Of a stretch of DNA of 20,000 bases, positions 1 through 7,821 are shown one piece after another. The DNA comes from Mesotaenium endlicherianum. Lineage: Eukaryota. Position 1 is the stretch's first letter. Each line of letters starts with the position of its first letter. The stretch covers positions 264,664 through 284,663 of the forward strand of contig WELA01002258.1 of assembly GCA_009602735.1 (NCBI GenBank), read 5' to 3'. Below the pieces are notes generated by a model, which did not search any database, had not been told where the DNA came from, and saw only the letters and a program-made list of their open reading frames with translations. The translations under genes and the position numbers were made by a program.

Positions 1-229
1 CCACGTGGGAGTCAGCCTGCGTCTGCCACACGAGGGCCCCTGTGTTGATGTTGAGGGCTAGCACATAGGCAGCAGGCCCGATGGCAAAGTTGGCGCTGGT
101 GTCAATGAGGAGGAGGCCATAGGCTGCAGCTATGGCGGGCGTGGTCCTGGTCATAAGCACCACGGGGAGCTCTGTCCCTCCAAAATTGAACCTCTCCAGC
201 ACGATGCCAGTGAGGGCGGGAAGAGAGGC
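1..229 (-). CDS. PQQ-like gene exon 4 (cut by window edge)
   Basis: TTCCTTCTGCAG acceptor; open frame ASLPALTGIVLERFNFGGTELPVVLMTRTTPAIAAAYGLLLIDTSANFAIGPAAYVLALNINTGALVWQTQADSHV; about 92% identical to 4829-5054. Confidence 0.9.
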
Positions 230-1376
230 CTGCAGAAGGAAAGAGAGGAAATCAAAACGTCAGCAGGATGGAGTGGGAGGTCAAGACTCAAGGGCAAGAG
301 ACTTGACATCTGAAAAATGTAAAGCTGTAATTAAGTGTCTGCACTGTGAGTAGAGGTGTCCGGCCTCGAGTGTGAAATCCCGAGTGAAAAATCCTGTAAC
401 CAGTTTGAACTTTGAATATGTCTTTGAAAAAGGTAAGTATACAGTTAAAATAGGCATAGGGACTTGAATAATAATTGCGCTTACCTTCCAGATGACAGCG
501 CCAGTGGCCTGGTTGACAGCCCACACATAGCCCTGGAAGTCACCAAAGTAGACCACCCCGTTGTGGACGGCTGGAACGCTCGTGACGTCCCCGTAGGCGC
601 CAGTGGGTATCTTCCACTTCTGTGTGAGTGTGGACGCACTGCGACGGCTGAGCTTGTGCTCCCCAAAGGCTCTGCGCGTGTTGTGGATGTCTCCTCCCCA
701 GCTGCCCCACTGCACGCATGAGGGATGAATAATACCACTTTCTTCAGTGACACAGTTGTGGATATCTCTCCCCATCTGTCCAAGGCCAGGGATATATTTA
801 TGTCCTCGTTTTGATAACGCAGAGCAATTACGGTTTCTGAAGCGCGTTACTAGCAAGTCAGTGACTGCATATAGCATAAATTGTATTCCTGGAAAGCTAT
901 ACAATGTTCATTCAGTACGCATGTTGTAGCTGCAGTAGAAGACTTTTCAAAAACTGGCCAAAGGCCAAAAACTTACAGTATTGCTCGATGTGGCACTTGC
1001 TGCTGCTTATTCGTGATCGTCATTGTGTCGCATCCATCCAAGAGAGCCTCAAAGTTAGTATTTGACGAGCATCTATTCACGTGAAGAAGCCAACTTAAAT
1101 ATACAATAATTGCTGACTGACAGAATCATATGGTGACAGTAAGTTTGTATACACTCATTGCAACCTGACAAGAGTAAAAAACTGACAATAGTAGAAGATA
1201 AGCCACATTGAAGTTTCACACTCACAATCAACGCAATCTAATTAGCCGGCAGGCCTTCCAACCTTCATTCAATCCATGAAGCTAGATGCAGTGCCATACT
1301 CACCAGAAATGAGGAGTAGAAAGCAGCAACTAAGCAGCGCAGCTTGGCCACGTATCACGAAAGTGCTCGGAGCCAT
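1..1376 (-). CDS. Secreted PQQ-type beta-propeller / polyvinyl-alcohol-dehydrogenase-like protein, 5' part (exons 1304-1376, 977-999, 485-709, 1-229; continues beyond left edge)
   Basis: Spliced translation MAPSTFVIRGQAALLSCCFLLLIS-ASATSSNT-WGSWGGDIHNTRRA...TQKWK...DVTSVPAVHNGVVYFGDFQGYVWAVNQATGAVIWK-ASLPALTG...TRTTPAIA...AYVLALNINTGALVWQTQADSHV. Repeated A-x-[DN]-x-x-TG-x-x-x-W Trp-docking motifs of PQQ propellers; all introns GT-AG and phase-compatible (1,0,0). Family assignment is from motif recognition, not a database search. Confidence 0.85.
485..709 (-). CDS. PQQ-like gene exon 3
   Basis: GTGCAG acceptor, 75 codons WGSWGGDIHNTRR...GVVYFGDFQGYVWAVNQATGAVIWK, donor GTAAGC at 484. Confidence 0.9.
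977..999 (-). CDS. PQQ-like gene micro-exon 2 (23 nt; alternative in-frame acceptors give starts at 1002 or 1005)
   Basis: Perfect donor GTAAGT at 976; acceptor cluster AAG CAG CAG; bridges phase 1 of exon 1 to phase 0 of exon 3, encoding (A)SATSSNT. Confidence 0.6.
1304..1376 (-). CDS. PQQ-like gene exon 1 (signal peptide)
   Basis: AAGCCATGGC start context; hydrophobic ALLSCCFLLLIS; donor GTGAGT at 1303; 73 nt, phase 1; homologous degenerate copy at 4262. Confidence 0.75.
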
Positions 1377-1545
1377 GGCTTGGTCCTCTTCTGACTCAAA
1401 GGTCCACCTTCGCCTACCTTCAGGATAGTGCCAGAAGCCTTAAAAGAGCTTCAACCTCAGCTTCTTCAAGTTGAAGCTTCCGCAAGTCTGGCAGTCGATC
1501 TCGACCAGGGACGATGAGAGACGGTATTCTCTGCCCCTCTTGTAC

Positions 1546-1555
1546 TATATATATA
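1546..1555 (-). promoter_or_regulatory. Candidate TATA box of the PQQ-like gene
   Basis: TATATATATA about 170 bp upstream of ATG 1376; the aligned position in the pseudogene copy (~4068-4076) has lost it. Confidence 0.45.
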
Positions 1556-3119
1556 CTATTTACACTCAGGACTGCTCGATGGCTGGCGACACAATTTGCT
1601 GTATTCTGCAGCCGATAGACGTTGACAGGTCCTCCAACTCAAGGTGATGCCTACTTTCAGAACGTCCCGGGTGGACGTTGAAGCAAGCCCTGGCAACTTG
1701 CAAGCCCGGCTGTACCGAGGGTGCCCAATGCACCGCTGGAAACTGTGCGTGCATGTAGTCCCCAAGGCCCGCAGACGATGTATTTTTGTTTCATCGTCGT
1801 CTTTAATGATATACAACCATCTATAACCCACCTTAAATTACACCCAATTTTTTTTACCACTTGCTACCGCTACTAGGACCAACCAAGATCGACCACGACC
1901 TCCGATTGCCTCCAGGCTCCGACCAACTAGGGCCGAACCAGGCCAAGGCTATGCGCTCGAGGAACCAGATAATTCATGTAGAATGGAGGGTACCGGTACA
2001 CACTGCATCACACTGCATAGCCTGTAGGAGGGTGTAGGCCTGACTGAGGGCGTTGTGTCAGATTGGAAGCAGGTAAAGTCTCCCGAAGTCGTAACCTCAC
2101 CAGTTACTATCTCAAGTTTCTACTGGTTCCTGCCTAGTTTCTACCATATCACGGCGTTCAGCATGCTCCTTCAAGAACGACATGTCGAAACTTGTGGAGG
2201 ACTGTAAAAGCGTTCATCTCATAATAAAACAAAGGTGTCCTGGGCAGTCGAGACTCCAGTGGCTCTCTTAATTTTCTTAATTTTCTTTAGCTGGTCGCAT
2301 CCAGCTCTATCAGCTTTTGTTTTGGATAAACATTGCAGAAAACTGCTTAAAATTGTCTTGATAAACAATTAAGCCCGAAATGCCTCACATTAATTAAATC
2401 CCGCTGTTTTTCCTACGAGCTGCCCCTTCCAGGCTGTAATATGCCGCACAAGACAAACTTCATATTTTAACCATAGAACGGACTAACTTTAGGTGGAAAT
2501 TCTGAGCAGGTCTCACGTTGGCAACTCGTGTTAGATGTTAATAAGATGTTTCAGTTTACTACGATCGCGATCCTGTAAATGTAGTAAAACTCATACGTAA
2601 GTACACGTGAGCATATGCAAATCGTACGACGGGCCCGAAGTACATGTCAAAAGTCAGATGTTGTGTTAATATTGGTTGATATTTCCGACAGAGCAGACCT
2701 TTTTGATTGTACAAGACGTAGATATCTTCATCGAGGGTTTGGAACTTGGAAGGCTACCTACCCAAACAAACTGCTACAAGCAAGTCGATGCATGTGTGTA
2801 AGGTGCACGTGAATGATCTGCAGCCTCGTTCTAGCTCTCTGCCTTTCGGCAGTCCTGTACCTTACCGCTGATTCAATGTACTGTGGCCTTTGAAAAGTCA
2901 ACATTTGACAGAAGACTTGTCCGTAAGGGTAAGAAATTGGTAAGATGGTCACGAGTCAGGCCCCAGGATTCGAGATAAATTTTATGTTATTTGCTTCTTT
3001 GGATGTTTTACAATCTTGAAAAATCTTAGATTATGTCAAAAGAAATCCTGGTCAGTAGGAGCTGATTTCGCGTAAAATCCCTGCCTCATCGATTTTCAGC
3101 GCAGTGTTCAATTCCGACT

Positions 3120-3230
3120 GGTATACGCAGTGCGGTATACGCAGTGCGGTATACGCAATACGCAGTGCGGTATACGCAATACGCAGTGCGGTATACGCAA
3201 TACGCAGTGCGGTATACGCAGTGCGGTATG
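3120..3230. repeat. Minisatellite of GGTATACGCAGTGC (14 bp) and GGTATACGCAATACGCAGTGC (21 bp) units
   Basis: Order 14,14,21,21,21,14 plus partial GGTATG; units of each class are exact copies. Confidence 0.95.
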
Positions 3231-4828
3231 TGAATGCGGACAATTGAGTTTTGGCGCAACAACCTCGACAAAAGCGCCAATAGTTGTATTATATTGACAA
3301 TTATCACATCATATATGGTCGGGTATGTCACAGAGATGGCCATGGAATTGATTCTTGGTACAATGTCGTTAGACCTGTTGAAATAAGTTACCAGACTCAC
3401 CACAATTCGTCAATATTGAATTCCTTCACACAAACGCAAGAATTATTGAAAAAAATCCTACCAAATTGTGTCGGATGTTCTGGAAACCCTGACCGTCGCC
3501 CAGAGCAGGCCAGAGGATGTTTCCGAAATTTCCCGAAATCCGCGACTTTTGTCGAATCACATCTGGTTGGACCCATCTCAGTGCGTAGTCAATGGTGACG
3601 CAGACCTTGTGACTTTCATCCTGCGTCAGTCTGACAACGCCCAGCTCACTCCTATGTCCACCATCTGTCAGTGAAGCGTTTACCATTCGCCACTGATATA
3701 TATTCCTGACAAACTCATGTTCCACGAGCGCATAGCTTAGGCATGGTTCCATTTGTTGCTATTGCTTTCTAGGGTTGTACTTACCCGCTTCAACCCTGTC
3801 TGGTGGCAACTGGGAAGTCTTGTGGTACTGGAATTTCCTGGTAACGGAAGCAAGTGGTGAATCGATTCCTCTTAAGGCGACATGTGTGCAAGGTGGTGCG
3901 AACTCCGGAGTTCTTACCATCCAAGGCACTTGCACCTTGTCGGTAGCTTGATTCAACCTCCTCCCGAGTCCCGGGACGTTCTGAAAGCAGGGCGACCTTG
4001 CTACCATCTTACCAACTCTATTTAAGTATACTACACACAAGCATGTCTCGAGCAATTCAGAGTGTAAACTAATAAGGTACGAGAAGATTGTCTCTTCGTA
4101 ATTACTTTCCTTGGTCAATCTGCTGTGAATTGCGAAACTTCGAGAAAATGCGAACTCGAGTTCAGAAGCTGCTATATTAGCTGCGTTCAGCATTCATTCT
4201 CAGGGTAGGCCACGGCACGCTTCAAGTTGTAGGCGATAGAGCGTAAAAAAAGGATAAAGCCATGGCTTTACGCACTTCGTTGGACATGGCCAAGCTGCCC
4301 TGCATGGTTAATTATACTCCTTCTGCTCCTCCACACATGCTCGGCAAGCATGCATGAAGGTTGTAAAGCTTCCTAGCTGTTTCCGGTCATATGATTTGAG
4401 GCTAATAATGTAGCTATACATTAATTGACTCTGATGAGTTTTTTTGTGTCGGCACTACATTGATTGTAAATGGTAATAAAAATCTGAAACTACTGCTCTG
4501 CGTTTAAATCAGGGCTATGTGTGGGCACACGAGGCCACTGGCGCTGTCATCCGGAAGGTGCGAGCATTTCCTCACGTGCATCCCTTTGCCTGCTTCACTT
4601 CAGCGCACCTTCCGCAGGAACTCATGGATCAATGCCAGGTGTGGGTGGACTCTCCTCATATTTGTTTACACGCTCTCATTATCACACTAGCTGTTGCCAC
4701 CCCTGCTCTGCGTACATCTCAAATTCCTGCACATGCTTCGCCTCTCACACACTGACTCCAGACACGTCATCAGTGACTCCACTAACACCCTCGACCTTCA
4801 ATTTGATCCCTGCTGCCACTTTCTGCAG

Positions 4829-5119
4829 GTCTCTCTTCCTGCCCTCACCGGCGTCATGCTGGAGAGGTTCAATTTGGGAGGGACAGAGCTCCCCGTGGTG
4901 CTTATGACCAGAACCACGTCCGCCATAGCTGCAGATGGCCTCCTCCTGATTGACACCAGCGCCAACTTTGCCATCAGCCCTGCGGTTTACGTGCTAGCCC
5001 TCAGCATCAACACAGGGGCCCTTGTGTGGCAGACGCAGGCTGACTCCCACGTGGCTGCCATCCTCACCATGGGCGGCACGGTGTACGGGAGCTCCTACTA
5101 CGTCGGCGTCTCCAGCATT
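4829..5119 (+). pseudogene. Best-preserved exon of the PQQ-like pseudogene
   Basis: TTCTGCAG acceptor, 97 open codons, donor GTGGGT at 5120; 17 mismatches plus one 3-nt deletion versus 229-1 over 226 aligned bases (manual count). Confidence 0.85.
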
Positions 5120-5556
5120 GTGGGTGTCGATCAGTCCTGCCTTTCCTGATCAAAGTTTCACGACATCCATTGTTCACTTCCTTTAATTCTTCTGCTTGGA
5201 GGCACCAATTATCATCCAGGCCTGTGTTTGATCTCTCGTATATGCAAGCTTAACATTTAGAATCTACAAATCTCAAGCAATTTTTATCTATGCTCCATGG
5301 CTTGACAGGAGGAGCTGCTGTCTCGCACCGTTGCCGGCTTTGAGTGCTGCAGCGTCGTAGGGAGTGCCCTGGCAATCGACATCCCCACTGGCATCATCCT
5401 CTGGAGAATGAATTCTTGTCCGGGCCCCATCAATTGTGAATCCGCAGGAAAGTGGGCCATGTCATTCTATGCATTTCATTTCTCATATTACTCGACCAAT
5501 AGCTGTTCAGACACGATTGGTGCAGGTTAGATGCCTTGCACCAGCACATGCACACG

Positions 5557-5558
<2 letters not shown>

Positions 5559-5620
<62 letters not shown>
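5559..5620. repeat. (CA)31 microsatellite in a pseudogene intron
   Basis: Direct reading; imperfect CA-rich tail to ~5680. Confidence 0.95.
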
Positions 5621-5624
<4 letters not shown>

Positions 5625-7542
5625 CACACACACATATACGCGCTTACACACACAGAAACACACACACACAAGCGCGCACACAACCCATGCACCCCACACC
5701 AGTTCAGGGGCATACTTTTATGTATGCAAAAATAGTACGCTGCTTAAATAGTTGAGTGCTTGGGTATCATTGGCAGTGATCCGTGAGCCATCACTGGCGC
5801 TCAATGCCACGTGTGGCTGACTGTGCGCCTCTCAATGCCATTGATGCATACGGAGGTCGAGCATGAGAGTCCTCCGAAGCAGCGCTGGGGGGCGGCAGCC
5901 CTTTCGCCGATACCGCGCGCAACACCGTCTTCTTTGCATCCGGCAACCTTTTATGACATTCCCCCGGTTGAGCGTCGCAGAATGCCAAGAGGTCAGTACT
6001 CAGGTGACAGGTGTCCCCCTTGTAATGATTCCCAGCTGTCATGCACACCCTTCACTGAGCTGAAGGTTGCAGCCTATGAATTTGAAGGACGACCTCCAAA
6101 AATTAGTAATATTTGAGACACTCGACTTACTACTTGACTTACTATTGCCTAGCCTGACACGCTACCAAAGAAATTATGAGGCACAACCTACGAAGTTACT
6201 GCTCAAACAAGATTTCTTGCCAGCTGTGCGTGCCTTGCTGGTAAGCGGCTTACACCTGTTTGTCTGGAGTTTCAACTTCACTTGCAGGAAAGAAACAAGC
6301 TGGCTGGGTTGACCAGGTCTATGCAGGCTTGAGAGAACCTCTGTTTTGTGAACGTTCTTGACATAAAGATATGTATCATAATGCTCCACTTGTGCTCCTG
6401 AGCACCGTCCCTTGCAAAAAAAAAAATTCTTTTTGAAACTGACCGATGTGTTCTAATGCGTAATGGTTGATTCCTCAAAAGCAACAGGGCTCGTCCTCTT
6501 CTTAGGTGCTCACATGTGCATACGCTCTTATCACACGTGACATGGGTATCATCAAATTAACTGGAGCATAAATAGTGATGCAAGCAGTATGCGTTGATGC
6601 ACTTTGTTGCATGGACTCAACTTCATTTGATGTATGTAAATGGCTTGCGTATATTGCCATGTCAGAATCTTTGCAATAGTACTACCTAGGGTCCTCGTGT
6701 TGTACTACCTACTGCTCTCCACTCACGAATATAGGAGGCTACACTTAAACCGTAAAACTACATCATGCATTTTGGATTTGAGTTAACTTGCACCAAGCTT
6801 TTGTGAACCTAGTTTTTCAATCCTGCTGAATGATAGAAGTCAGTAACTCCTTTCTTTGGCTGCAATTGAATCCATTTCCACTTTCTCTTGCACTCATATA
6901 TTTTTACGATCATTGGCTCGCCAACATGTCATTGTTGGCATTATGCTTCATATGAGAACTTTGGCGTGGAGTCCCAAGCTCACAATAAGTACATGTTAGT
7001 GCGCGCGGACAAATGTACTGCAAGTATTAGCGAGACCCATATAGTTACTCCTTCATCAGTCTTCAGGTGAAGCCTCACAAGAGTCCATTAAACTTCAAGA
7101 TTGAAAACAATCACTCAAGTAGAAGTCTCTGCACATGTGGTGCTCAGGGGAGAAGCACACTCCAGGAGACAAGGGGATTGGAGGAGGTTCTGCTAGCTGC
7201 CTGGCAGAGGAAACCTCAAAAGAATAGTCAGCTAGTCTTGAGAGGCACAAAGAAGCTCTGCACTTTTGTCCACTCCTCCTCTGCCGCAAGTCTTTTCTGC
7301 AAAACGATTCCCCACTCCTTCTGCACCTCAAAGTGAACTACTGTGAATGTGAACATCCACAATGACACATTGGTCTGTAGGTTCCGGTCACATTCACCAA
7401 AAGTCAACAGCGGAATGTGATGATGTGGTCAAATAAAGTAAATTTCAACTTTGGCCTGTCAAAGTGTCTATTAGTGAGGCTGTACTTTGAGATTCCTCCA
7501 AAGCTCGCTTCGGCGTATCACCTGATCTAACACGTGCTACAC

Positions 7543-7821
7543 CTACAACTCGTCTTTGCTTGCTACATCGTCACCGTCGACAGGTGCAAATTTCTCCAAC
7601 TCCTGCTCGCCATCCCTTGCCGCCTCTAGCTCCTCCTCTATTTCCTCCGGAAGCAATTCACTATTGGAGCCCACATCTAAGTTGTCCCCCAATGACGCAG
7701 AGCCGTCAAACGGAGGGATGGACGAATCTGAGCCGTCAAGCTCGTCCGCCTCCAGCCGTTCGACGAAGCGGCGCTGCTCCTCGTCGAGAGCCGGCCACTC
7801 CGCCACAATGCGTCGGGCGCC
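7543..7821 (-). CDS. UGGT: UGGT terminal exon [15 protein letters not shown]...SKDEL*
   Basis: TGGCAG acceptor; conserved ARRIVxEWxxLDxE motif; ER-retrieval KDEL before TAG at 7543-7545. Confidence 0.95.
   Translation of the reverse strand, partial: GARRIVAEWPALDEEQRRFVERLEADELDGSDSSIPPFDGSASLGDNLDVGSNSELLPEEIEEELEAARDGEQELEKFAPVDGDDVASKDEL

Larger units (their letters stand above)
4262..5991 (+). pseudogene. Decayed inverted paralog of the PQQ/PVA-dehydrogenase-like gene (remnant exons ~4262-4343, 4510-4557, 4829-5119, 5309-~5435, ~5867-5991; possible further exon 6288-6316)
   Basis: Exon 1 homolog has a 1-nt deletion. Only the last ~48 nt of exon 3 survive (QGYVWAHEATGAVIRK, W->R). Exon 4829-5119 is intact (VSLPALTG...HVAAILTMGGTVYGSSYYVGVSSI). 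Next exon reads EELLSRTVAGFECCSVVGSALAIDIPTGIILWR. Last clear exon reads AALGGGSPFADTARNTVFFASGNL/YDIPP/LSVAECQE with two +1 frameshifts (~5951, ~5967). Confidence 0.85.

Noticed and set aside
3120..3230. Possible CRISPR-like array
   Set aside because: Units abut with no unique spacers, are only 14-21 bp long, and there are no cas genes; eukaryotic context.
3052..3403. ORFs with (AYTALRI)n and (YRTAYCV)n peptide repeats
   Set aside because: Simple translations of the minisatellite.
3426..4193. Two same-frame minus-strand ORFs (144 aa and 108 aa) separated by one stop, suggestive of a decayed gene or TE
   Set aside because: No recognisable motif, and 3929-4193 is the duplicated promoter/5' UTR of the PQQ pseudogene, so the frame is probably fortuitous; a tBLASTx search would settle it.
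4694..5149. 151-aa ORF as a stand-alone gene
   Set aside because: It is pseudogene exon 4829-5119 plus intron read-through on both sides.
6288..6316. Possible further pseudogene exon (ERNKLAGLT) after ECQE
   Set aside because: Good acceptor and plausible continuation, but too short to support without the intact paralog's downstream sequence; noted only as possible.
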